64,000 nt of DNA from Octopus vulgaris (taxonomy: Eukaryota), in assembly GCA_951406725.2 (NCBI GenBank), contig OX597815.1:10788001-10852000 (forward strand). The letters run 5' to 3'. This document shows, in pieces, positions 50,913-62,189 of the stretch (positions within the stretch are counted from its first letter, which is position 1; every line of letters starts with the position of its first letter). Below the pieces are notes generated by a model. It did no database searches. It worked only from the letters and a program-made list of their open reading frames with translations, and was not told the DNA's origin. The position numbers and the translations under genes are program-made.

Positions 50913-52109
50913 GTAAGTATCGTTAATCTAATATTTTATTGCATTTATATTCTTTTTCTATTTTGTTTTCGTCGTCTTTCATTCTTAATGAGAGGCACAT
51001 TTCCACAAGTTTGGTAGGAGGGGTTTTATCCGTTCTCTCAGCATTACCCATCTACTAGTAATTTATCGCCCTCGAAAAGATACTCGATCTCGGTGATATT
51101 TGACCTTTGAACTACTAGGACCTCATTAAATTAATCTAGCTATCCCTATAAACCATTCCAAAAGCACATTTTATTTTTCTCTAAAATCTTGTTTCACATA
51201 TGAATATATATATAAACAAAGGACCATAAGTTGTGCTAATTCTCCTTGGAAACAATTTTTGGTGGTTGAACCATAGCGGATCTATTTTTAGCGCAAGAGT
51301 CGACCACATAGTGGACACTATCTTATATTTGTGTATAAACAAAGGACCTTTATGTGGTAATACGACCTGCTAGAAATAGCAACGCATTTTACCATGTCCT
51401 ATCTTACAAAGGCACATTGGGTAATATAATTCTAGATATCCTTACAGGTTTGCTCCCTCTGGGCAGTTCTGGAGCTAAACAATAAAAGAATATACATATA
51501 TTGCTCATGTATATCGTAAAATACAGCCATTGCGAATTATATACTTCCTTTTATCATAATACAAGGCTTTAGGTAGTAATATTTGTTTATTTACTGACAC
51601 TTTTCAGACATTGGTATATTGACGAATTATATTCCCGCATTTCAGCAACAGTTTTTTCACTGGCCTTAGAGCCCTCGCCCCTTTTATTGTCTGTCATTCA
51701 CCCTTTCAAGTCGTATTGGAAACATCTTGCTACTGAACTTGCCGACCTGGGTTTTTTTTTTTAACGTATTTTACTTCCAAATTGCGAACTTTAGACTGTA
51801 ACAGTCTGCAGAAGTGTAAAGTTACTCCTTCCTTTTAATCTCCTTCCATCCTCATAACACACCCAAGCCGACGAGGCGGGACCCTCAAGCTCGCCCTGCT
51901 AGAAAACGTAGTCAAATATCCCCCAAATAACACCTGTTTCTTTTGAAAAAAATGTTTTTTTATTGTTTTCCCCTAAGACAAGACACGGTGGATAATGTCG
52001 TGCCAATGAAGAATTTTTTTTCCATATATAACAAATGAATGTAATGTACATCTTTTAGAGCATTTTTTAAATAAGATTTTGCTGTCAAATTTTTAAATTA
52101 ACATAAATA

Positions 52110-52529
52110 GGTACTACTAGCGAACAGTGGTCCCGGTGCGCGCACTCGCGCATCCGCGCTAGTTAGTCGTAAGTAGTCGATCCTACAACGACTTTTTAAC
52201 CCTAACCCTAACCATAATCTTAGTTTGTTTATAAAAATAATTTATTTACTTAGTTTAAAAAATTATTTACTTTGTTCGAAAAATATTTAATTTGTGTAAA
52301 AAAATTATATACATTGTTTAAAAAAAAATAATTTATTTACTTGGTTTTAAAAATTATTTACTTTACGTTTTATTTACTTTGTTCGAAAAATATTATTTAA
52401 TTTTCTTTGATGTGTATTCAGCCTTGAAATACAAACATACACACAAGTCGTTGTAGGATCGACTGCTTACGACTAGCTAGCGCGGATGCGCGAGTGCGCG
52501 CACCGGGACCACTGTTCGCTAGTAGTACC
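52110..52529. mobile_element. GGTAC-terminated MITE with 85-bp GC-rich TIRs (Merlin- or MULE-like)
   Basis: TIRs at 52110-52194 and 52445-52529. 9-bp TSD ACATAAATA/ACATAAACA. Internal TAACCC repeats. Confidence 0.9.
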
Positions 52530-52547
52530 ACATAAACATTTATTTAC

Positions 52548-53925
52548 ATGAAAGAAAATTACCGAAGAACTTTCGGCGGAGGTAAAGGACATGGAGCGTA
52601 CTCCACCCTTTTTTCCCCCCTACAGAAACCCACTTTTCCGACTGCGGAATCTGCAAAGAAAAAAAAAAAAAAAAAGAATCGGCATTTCAAAACTTTAATC
52701 CCCCCCCACCCCCATCATGGTTTTCATTTATTAAAAAATTTTGTTTTGGCAAAATATGTAGAAAGATGCGGAGATTGTCATTCTAAAAAAAAAATAATTT
52801 TGTAAAATTTAAATTTTTCAAAAAGAAAAATAAATAAGGTGTTGGATTGGCTGTGTGGTAAGTAGCTTGCTTACGCACCACATGGTTCCGGGTTCATTCC
52901 CACTGCGTGGCACTTTGGGTAAGTGTCTTCTACTATCGCCTCGGGCCGACCAAAGCCTTGTGATTGGATTTGGTAGACAGAAACTGAAAGAAGCCCATCG
53001 TATATATGTATATATATGTATGTGTGTTTGTGTGTGTCTCTCCAACATCGCTTGACAACCGATGGTGGTGTGTTTACGTCCCCGTTACTTAGCGGTTCGG
53101 CAAAAGAGACTGATAGAATAAGTACTAGGCTTGCAAAGAATAAGTCCTGGGGTCGATTTGCTCGACTAAAAGGCGTTGCTCCAGCATGGCCGCAGTCAAA
53201 CGACTGAAACAAGTAAAAGATTAAATAAATACCCCTCCCCTTCTACTAAAATAGCAGATGTAAAAAGTATCTAAACAGAAAACTCGACTTGGTAGAAATA
53301 GCAGCTAAACAACGAATCGCGTTTCCAAAATTTAAATTTCTCCCACCCCTTTTTTTTCTTTGCCAGAGGGGTGGAGAGGGGGAAACTAAAAATTTTGAAA
53401 ACGTGTTTTTGGTGTTTTTTCAAAATCTTCAATTTGTAAGTATGCTGCAACCGGAGAGTTCGACAAGCTAGAAACAACAGCCAAACTGAAGATCCACTTT
53501 CTAAATACGAATTACCAAAAAAGAAAAAAATTTTTTAAATGTAATTTTGTTGTCGTGTGTGTGTGTGTGCAAAAAGCTAATTTTCACATACCTCTCTTAA
53601 TTTCAGATAACCCTCAACCACATGTTCATTTTCTGTCACATGCTCTGGCAGATGGGAAGGTGTTTATTTATTTATTTATTTTTGAAAAAATTGAAATTTT
53701 CCAAAAATCATAATCTCCGTATTTTTTTATGCATTTCTCAAAAAAAAAAGTGAAAAATTGGAGGTGGTGGTTGGGGTTTAAAATTTTGAAATGCTGATTT
53801 TTTTGCAGATTCGGAATAACCGCAGTCGAAAAAGTGGGTTTCTATAGAAAAAAAAAACGAAAACGAAAGTGGGTGTGGTCCATGTTCTTTACCTCCACCA
53901 AACTTTCACCTAATTCTTCCAAATC
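52548..53925. mobile_element. Old foldback element (~250-bp diverged inverted arms) containing a SINE A (about 52849-53222)
   Basis: ggaggtaaaggacatgga...agaaacccacttttccgactgcgg is inverted at ccgcagtcgaaaaagtgggtttcta...tccatgttctttacctcc. Confidence 0.7.
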
Positions 53926-54009
53926 TTTCTATTGAAACTGTATTGAAACCATTTTTGGGGAATTAAAAAAAAATTATCACAGCAACTGGTCGCATACCAC
54001 ACAATTTAA

Positions 54010-54520
54010 CGTCTTGGTTCCCAAACTTTTTCAAAATTTCTGTCCTACGGCTACCCCCTCCCATTTCTTTGAAGCTTCGCGGAACCCCATCACTGCCCCA
54101 AAAGGAAAAAAAAAAATCAGAGAAGATGAATAAAGCAAAATGACCTTGTGTAAAATGATTTTTCATGAGATAAAATTTTACTGATAAAATAAAAAATTTC
54201 AATGAGATTGGTGGACTTGTTTGGTCTGTAATATGTCCTCAATGTTAGGCTGCGTCTTTGATAATGCAACCCTCATGTCATGCGCAACATCCAGTTTATT
54301 GCAAGCCTTTGTTTTAATTGCGAATAAAGTTGCAAAAGCTGTCTCACATTTGTATGTTGTTGCAAATGGAATGATGAATTTGACGGCCAATTTGGTGACA
54401 TCTGGATTAGATTGCATTATTTCAATCTAGAATTCACTGCAACACATGTGACAGAAGGCGTTTTTTTTTTTGCACTTCCATCATTCAAGTCGATGAACTA
54501 TTCTTGAATGATTCGCCTCG
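54010..54520 (-). mobile_element. hAT (Charlie/Buster-like) transposase C-terminal fragment
   Basis: IPFATTYKCETAFATL..IKTK..NKLDV..DMRVALS..QPNI......Q.H.SH. Confidence 0.85.
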
Positions 54521-54792
54521 CAAATAATTTTATTTGCTAAAGAAATCTGAAACCTAGGTATAACCATACAAAAATAACAAGGTAAAAGTTTTTATTTTTC
54601 ATTCCCTTTGAAAATTGCTATTAAATTGTGGTTTTGGTAGTTTTGACTGCTTCTTCTAGCATGTAAAAATTACCTGTAAAAGGGTAGTTTTCTCTTGTGT
54701 TTATATGTACACTATTTTATTTTGAGAATATGTTGTCTTTTGACTTTTTATACATGCTAGGTCACTGGTGGGGAAATTTCTAAAAATATTCA

Positions 54793-54822
<30 letters not shown>

Positions 54823-54829
<7 letters not shown>

Positions 54830-55148
54830 GAGTTAACCACTATGTGGATAACTCTAGTGCTAAAAATAGCTCCGAAGCAACCACAGAAGATCTCCGAAGC
54901 AACCACAGAAGATTCGTTATATTTCACTTTCCTTCCGTTAAATGTATGTTGATTCTAGTTGGAAACAGATCTTCTGTGGTTGCTTCGGAGCTATTTTTAG
55001 CACTAGAGTTATCCACATAGTGGTTAACTCTCTAATAATTTATGTATAAATTTGTATTTTCTCCGTAGTTTTTTGTGCTAAGCCACTCGGTGTTAAATTA
55101 ATGGTATTATTAAATTAATATCGATTTTTCACCCTCATTTGTAAATAA

Positions 55149-55150
<2 letters not shown>
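54823..55150. repeat. (TA)n-embedded fold-back element: perfect 71-bp inverted arms plus tail
   Basis: Arms 54823-54893 and 54967-55037. Confidence 0.9.
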
Positions 55151-55184
<34 letters not shown>

Positions 55185-55723
55185 GGGTGGGGGCTGTTTG
55201 TATACATTTATCTATGTGTGCATGTGTTTGTAGATGTTCATATTTAAAGTTAGTATTTCTGTGTAGAAGCACTAGTGTCATATCAGTTTATTAGCCAAAG
55301 AACTTTATCCTCTTTGTTGCTTATCACTATCAGTTTGACTATTTTCAAGACTGCTTTACCCAGGGTTAGGTGGACTTATGTTACTCCATTAAAAAAATAT
55401 AACAAACACTGTTGTGTTTGTGTGGGTGTGTGAGCAAATTATTCTGTTGGACGTATGAACTCAAAGAGACGCCCAAGTAGTTAAGACTGGTTCATGGCAA
55501 TAATTTATTGGTTCTCTTTTTTTTAGTTATTTTAGTTATTTTAAGAGATGAAAACACAAAATATAGATTAGGCTCTTCATAATCAGTTTTATCTCCACTA
55601 CTTGCATTTGCCAATAGATGAATTACAATAAATATTGATTCTTATCAGAGGTGCAAGGCCTCAAAAGCTTAGGGAAGAATAGGCGGTCACTTTGACCTCA
55701 GTACTCAATTAGGTATTTTATTT

Positions 55724-56108
55724 TGTGTCGGTGGCACATAAAAAAAACACCATCCGAGCATGGCCGTCTGCCAGCCTCGTCTGGCACCTGTGTCGGTGGC
55801 ACATAAAAAACACCATCCGAGCGTGGCCGTCTGCCAGCCTCGTCTCGCACCTGTGTCGGTGGCACATAAAAACACCACACGAGCGTGGCCGTCTGCCAGC
55901 CTCGTCTGGCACCTGTGTCGGTGGCACATAAAATCACCCACTACATTCTCGGAGTGGTTGGCGTTAGGAAGGGTATCCAGCTGTAGAAACACTGCCAGAT
56001 CTGACTGGCCTGGTGTAGCCTTCAGGCTTGCCAGACCCTAGTTGAACCGTCCAACCCATGCTAGCATGGAAAGCGGACGTTAAACGATGATGATGATGAT
56101 GATGATGA
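55724..56108 (+). mobile_element. RTE 3' tail with 63-bp module array (4 modules)
   Basis: Units start at 55724, 55789, 55852 and about 55914. (GAT)n end. Confidence 0.9.
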
Positions 56109-56350
56109 TCCAGGAAAAATGAAAAGCAAAGCTAATCTTGGCTGTATTTGAACTATGATCGTAAGCAGTGAAATAGCTGGGTCATTAGAGTTTAGGATAA
56201 AATGTTTTGCTGTATTTGTTCTGACTCAGTACACTGAGTTCAAATTCAACTTAGGTCAGTTTTGTTTTTTGTGTGTTCAGGGTCGATAAAGTATCGGTTG
56301 AAGGAGACAGAGGCATCGATTGACAAGAATTGTTAAAATTTTAGATAAAT

Positions 56351-57075
56351 AGGCGCAGGAGTGGCTGTGTGGTAAGTAGCTTTCTAACCAACCACATGGT
56401 TCTGGGTTCAGTCCCACTGCGTGGCACCTTGGGCAAGTGTCTTCTGCTATATCCCCGGGCTGACCAATGCCTTGTGAGTGGATTTGGTAGACGGAAACTG
56501 AAAGAAGCCCGTCATAGGCGCAGGAGTGGCTGTGTGGTAAGTAGCTTGCTAACCAACCACATGGTTCTGGGTTCAGTCCCACTGCGTGGCACCTTGGGCA
56601 AGTGTCTTCTGCTATATCCCCGGGCTGACCAATGCCTTGTGAGTGGATTTGGTAGACGGAAACTGAAAGAAGCCCGTCATAGGCGCAGGAGTGGCTGTGT
56701 GGTAAGTAGCTTGCTAACCAACCACATGGTTCTGGGTTCAGTCCCACTGCGTGGCATCTTGGGCAAGTGTCTTCTGCTATAGCCCCAGGCCGACCAATGC
56801 CTTGTGAGTGGATTTGGTAGACGGAAACTGAAAGAAGCCTGTCGTATATATGTATATTATGTATATATATATGTATGTGTGTCTGTCTCCCTAGCATTGC
56901 TTGACAACCGATGCTGGTGTGTTTACGTCCCCGTCACTTAGCGGTTCGGCAAAAGAGACCGATAGAATAAGTACTGGGCTTACAAAAGAATAAGTCCCGG
57001 GGTCGATTTGCTCGACTAAAGGCGGTGCTCCAGCATGGCCGCAGTCAAATGACTGAAACAAGTAAAAAGAGTGAA
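56351..57075 (+). mobile_element. SINE family A with triplicated 165-bp head
   Basis: aggcgcaggagtggctgtgtgg starts at 56351, 56516 and 56681. Confidence 0.9.
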
Positions 57076-57475
57076 AAAAAAAAAAAAACAAAAAAAGGAG
57101 TAAATTGTCCTACAGTATCTTTTCTGGTTCTTTGTATTCTGATGGTAATGCTTGCATCTTAGAAGAGAACTTTCCAGCTGCAGAAACCCATGATCAGCCA
57201 AGATTGAAGGAGTTTCCTGTTCGACAATGTTTGTTTTTCCTCACTACAGATATAGCCGTCACTAACTGAAGTTTTATGGCTTTCCACATTCAGTGTATTG
57301 GCACTTGTTTCCAAATGTATCAAAGTAGTTGTTTGCTGTAGATCTGATAATCTATTTGTATTTTAAAATGTTTTTCTTCATGTAATATTCAGAAGCTAAG
57401 TCAGCTTAGTGGAGTCCATCTTTCTCCATTTCTTGAAGGACTTGAACTCAGAACTGAAAGCTAATGAGACACTTG

Positions 57476-57479
<4 letters not shown>

Positions 57480-57531
<52 letters not shown>

Positions 57532-57908
57532 AAGCTGAAGTTGTCTGTGTATGGCAGGTTAGGTAGCCTTCAACTAACACTATCTCCTCCGAGACCCTGC
57601 GGCACAAGTTGACCAAAATAGAGAGTATGATAGAAGAAGGCTTGCTCTTCATTCCGTAGAAGAAAATTTCAAATCAGACCATGTTAACACCAAAAATTAT
57701 TTACATCAAAAAGGTGCTTTTTTCCTATGAAATTCCCTATTTTATACGATTTTTTTACTGTTGTCTCACCATTTTTCGGTGTATTTCAACCAGAAAAATG
57801 TTCACTTAAAGAGAATAACAAGCTACATAATGCGAAATTTTTACTTTTCAAAAATTCCAATTCTAAAGGGTCGAAACCAGCCCAAGCAACGCTGGGTGAT
57901 ACTGCTAG
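57480..57908 (+). mobile_element. Non-autonomous Helitron H1
   Basis: A|TC start with (TC)n(TA)n, 3' hairpin cccaagcaacgctggg, CTAG|T end. Confidence 0.85.
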
Positions 57909-58218
57909 TTAATTATAAAGAAGTATTGCTCGACTACTGCCTTAGTTAAATTTACCTTGTATCTTTGTGCCAATTAAGCACTAGTTGCAATTTAATTGAC
58001 TATATGTTTCCTGTAAAGTCTGTGGCCTTGAGCCATTATTAGAAATAGGTTGTATGTTACTGCTTCTGCTGCTTACAATGGTGAGCCAGGTAGATTGAAT
58101 TAATGAGTTTAGTCCCAGGTTAACTCCAATTCAGCAGATCTATGATAAAATGTATTTCATATATGACCACCATGACCACCCTGTCTTTTTAAGGGAGATT
58201 TTGTGTTGTTTGACGAAA

Positions 58219-58420
58219 ATCATCATCATCATCATCGTTTAACGTCTGTTTTCCATGCTAGCAAGGGTTGGACGGTTCAACTGGGGTCTGGGAAGCCAGA
58301 AGGCTGCACCAGACTCCAGTCTGATCTGGCAGTGTTTCTACGGCTGGATGCTCTTCCTAACGCCAACCACTCCATAAGTGTAGTGGGTGTTTTTTATGTG
58401 CCACCGGCACAGGTGCCAGG
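58219..58420 (-). mobile_element. RTE 3' tail, truncated
   Basis: Reverse UTR with one module. Confidence 0.85.
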
Positions 58421-59204
58421 GGAAAACTTGGCTACTATTTCTAGTAGAAAATGTGATTGTTTAAAGACATTCTTAGGACAATACTGGGGATTAGATACAA
58501 ACTGTTGACGCTTTAGCTTAAAGATTAACTCTGTTGCTTCTACTATCTTTGACTTTGTGAGAAAAAACATTTGTTAAATTAATAAGAATTATGTTCTCAC
58601 ATTTTACATAGTTATTCTAAGTATTTATCAAAAGCTTTCCAAATTTTTACTGTATTTTATAATCTAAAAGAAGAATCTTAACAGTTCAATGAATTTTGTC
58701 ATCTCCATAATAAACTAGTTAAATGTCTAAGTTGTTCTTAATCCCTTGAACCGTGAACCCTCTACCAGGTGTGCATGTAAATAACAACAGAGATCAGCTA
58801 CGTGGCAGAATGGAATCTAGTCTGGCAAGAAATGGTAAAAAAAAAAAAATCATTGTTTCTAGAACTTTCAGTTGGCAAGTCCAAAGGGTTAATAAGATTA
58901 TTGTTTTTGGATTATTAGCCAGATGTGTCTATAAAAGAATTTGTGTGTCAACTGTTTAGTAGATAAGAGAATTAGTTTACAAATAAATGGTTCTAGTTTG
59001 AATCCAGTCTGATGCCATCTACATAACCTGATGAAGACTTGAAATCAAACCAGTTGAAACATAGTGAAGATGAAAGAACAAATTCTGAGTGATTCATGGA
59101 AATGTGGACCTTAAATAATGATGATGGGGATTTTCATCTAGAAAGATGAGATTAATCGTCTGAAAAATTACTATTTTATTCACAATAAAATATTCTTTAA
59201 ATAT

Positions 59205-59582
59205 AGACATAGGAGTGGCTGTGTGGTAAGTAGCTTGTTTACCAACCACATGGTTCCGGGTTCAGTCCCACTGCGTGGCACCTTGGGCAAGTGTCTTCTA
59301 CTATAGCCTCGGGCCGACCAAAGCCTTGTGAGTGGATTTGGTAGACGGAAACTGAAAGAAGCCTGTCGTATATATGTATGTGTGTGTATATGTTTGTGCG
59401 TCTGTGTTTGTTCCCCCCCAACATCGCTTGACAACCGATGCTGGTGTGTTTACATCCCCGTAACTTAGCGGTTCGACAAAAAAGACCGATAGAATAAGTA
59501 CTAGGCTTACAAAGAATAAATCCTGGGGTCGATTCGTTTGACTAAAGGCGGTGCTCCAGCATGACTGAAACAAGTAAAAGAG
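59205..59582 (+). mobile_element. SINE family A
   Basis: Match to family A. Confidence 0.85.
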
Positions 59583-59589
59583 TATAGCT

Positions 59590-60420
59590 GAGGATACAAA
59601 AGAATTGCAGAGGTTTAAATGTTGAGGTGTAGTGTTGGCGAATCTCAGGAAGCATGGAAGTTTTGAAGGATGCAGTGCTCCGACAACTAACAACCGATGC
59701 CGGCAGTTTGTTCCATGCTTCAGCAACTCTTAGCGTGGAAAAATGTTTGCAAAAGTCATGGGAGCTGTGCTGTTTTCTGACTTTTTAAACATGTCCACAG
59801 GTGTTAGACAGGTGGAGTTTGAAAAGGTGCTCAGAGTAATTGTTGCGTGTGTATGGAGGGAAGAAAATCAGGTGTAGTGTTGGCAAATCTCAGGAAGCAT
59901 GGAAGTTTTGAAGGATGCAGTGCTCTGACAACTAACAACTGATGCCGGCAGTTTGTTCCACGCTTCACCAACTCTTAGCATGAAAAAATGTTTCCGAAAG
60001 TCATGGGAGCTGTGCTGTTTTCTAACTTTGTAAACATGTCCACAGGTGTTAGACAGATGGAGTTTGAAAAGGTGCTCAGAGTTATTGTTTGTAAGATGGT
60101 TAATAATTTAATGGGTGTCTGCCAAGTCAGCTGCCAGATGTCAGAGTTTCAATGTATCCATGCCCAGGGAAGTAAGGCGTTCAGAATATGGCAAATGCCT
60201 GATGGAGGGTATTCTCTTGGTTGCACGTCGCTGAACGGCTTCCAGGCGATTAATATCCTGGGCAAGACAGGAATTCCAGACCGGTGATGCAAATTCCAGG
60301 TGAGGCCGCACCATAACTATATAAAACCTCAGATAGATAGCTAGAGAGCAGCTCATAAAGGATTTGGTAAGTGATGCCAAGACATCCTCAGCCTTCTTGG
60401 CAATTTTTGCAATGTATACA
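59590..60420 (-). mobile_element. CR1/L2-group LINE 3' fragment with internal ~245-bp duplication
   Basis: MVRPHLEFASPVWN...INRLEAVQRRATK...PYSERL. 59625-59845 is repeated at 59870-60085. Confidence 0.85.
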
Positions 60421-60423
60421 GTA

Positions 60424-60726
60424 CTAGCAGTATCGCCCGGCGTTGCTCGGGTTTGTAAGGGAAATAACTATATAAGCATTTTTAGAGAGTTATAGCCAAA
60501 AAATAGCAAAAAAATGCATTAAAAATGGAAAAAAAATTATGGTAAATTTTTTTTTAAATCGTTGACTCATCGTAGACATTTTTAGAGAGTTGCTTCCCTT
60601 ATATAATAAAGAAAAAAATGCATTAAAATGGGAAAAAATGATGGTAAATTTTTTTTTAAATCGTAGACTCATCGTAGACGTGCGCTAAGACAGACACTCG
60701 CACAACTTCACTTTTATATATATAGA
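60424..60726 (-). mobile_element. Non-autonomous Helitron sharing the H1 3' end but with a different body
   Basis: ctagcagtatcgcccggcgttgctcggg end and ...ttttatatatataga|t start on the minus strand. Confidence 0.8.
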
Positions 60727-61045
60727 TAACACTTCTATTTTCATAAAGGTTCTTCTTGGAGGTTACCTAGCTTTCTTAAAGTTGCTGCAGACTCTCCTTC
60801 ATATACCACCCCTTTGTCTTAAGCACTGCAAAACACATTAGATTACGTAGTTGTAGATAATACCGAAAATGTTAGGATGGTTGTAACTGGAATGCTTTTG
60901 ATTATAGGTTTTGCTCAATCAAGGTTTATTTGAAACAACAACAACTAATACAAGTTCATCGTATTCCTTTGATTTCACCTTTTAACAATGATTTTGTCAT
61001 CAAGCTTTTCTGTGATTGCTTTTCATGTTATCTCTGTCATTGTAG

Positions 61046-61205
61046 CACCCATTTGCTCTACGATGTCGCTGAAGCTGTTGGCAGTGAAGTGCGGGCCAAA
61101 CATATTGACTACATGCGGAAACATCAGATGGGTACACACACCGGGATGAGTTGTTTTAGTCCTGTCATCAACATTGTCAGGCACCCACTGTGGGGAAGAA
61201 CACAG
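61046..61205 (+). CDS. GH3 beta-xylosidase-like gene, coding exon 2
   Basis: TGTAG|C acceptor is phase-compatible with exon 1 (AA+C = Asn). Encodes THLLYDVAEAVGSEVRAKH...CFSPVINIVRHPLWGRTQ (GH3 P-x-x-N-I-x-R-x-P-x-W-G-R motif). CAG|GTAAAA donor. Implied intron 50913-61045. Confidence 0.9.
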
Positions 61206-61836
61206 GTAAAATTAAACATCAAATAATTCTTTAAAAAAACTTCTTGTTTATTTATTAAAATGTTTTTTTACCATCCATTTATTGCAATTTTTCTATTAAA
61301 TTTAGACCAGCTTTGTTCATGGCCTACTTATACCAGTATATCCACTTCTATAATTATTAACTTGTATAGTTATTGTACTTGTTGACATTAGTAAGTTTCA
61401 TATTGTGGTGTTGGATGAATAATTTATCAAAGTGGTGGGAAAGAAACTATTCACACGATGCACTACAATCACTGTTACATGGGGCTCAACACTCTCTCGT
61501 AACTGTTCACAATCAGTTGCTCCTAAACAATTGCTCCTGTCAACTCAAAACTCAAACAATTCTTTATTGTATTGAAATGCGTCAGTTCACTTTTAGTCAC
61601 ATGGGGGTGGTAGGAATCCTTCCACAACATCTCCCCTTTTGAGAGTTAGCCTCCCATAACTTCTGTAGCATCTGGCCAAAGTATTCTGCCCATTTTACAT
61701 TCAAAATGTTCATAACCAGGCTCTCTAATCTACTCTCCCCTTTTGGAGAATTAAATTCTATTTAGAGTTTTAATATATCTTACACTTAGGGTTTAATTCC
61801 AGTGTTTCCATTCTTCTCCTTTTTTTGGTGCATGAA

Positions 61837-62178
61837 CATCATCATCATCGTTTAACGTCCGTTCTCCATGCTAGCATGAGTTGGACGGTTCGACCGGGGT
61901 CTGGGAAGCCAGGGGCTGCACCAGGCTCCAGTCTGATCTGGCAGTGTTTCTACAGCTGGATGCCCTTCCTAATGCCAACCACTCCGTGAGTGTAGTGGGT
62001 GCCTTTTACGTGCCACCTGCACAGGTGCCAGTGGGGTCCGGCATCGGCCACGATCGGTTGGAGCTTTTAACGTGCCACCGGCATGGAAGCCAGCCAAGGC
62101 GGCGCTGGCAACGGCCATGTTCGGATGGTGCTTTTTATGTGCCACCGGCACAGAAGCCAGTCGGGGCGGCGCTGGCAT
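61837..62178 (-). mobile_element. RTE 3' tail, reverse (three modules)
   Basis: Reverse UTR family. Confidence 0.85.
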
Positions 62179-62189
62179 GTAGTTTGAAT

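Noticed and set aside
56277-56897. 206-aa repetitive ORF
   Set aside because: It is the antisense translation of the triplicated SINE head.
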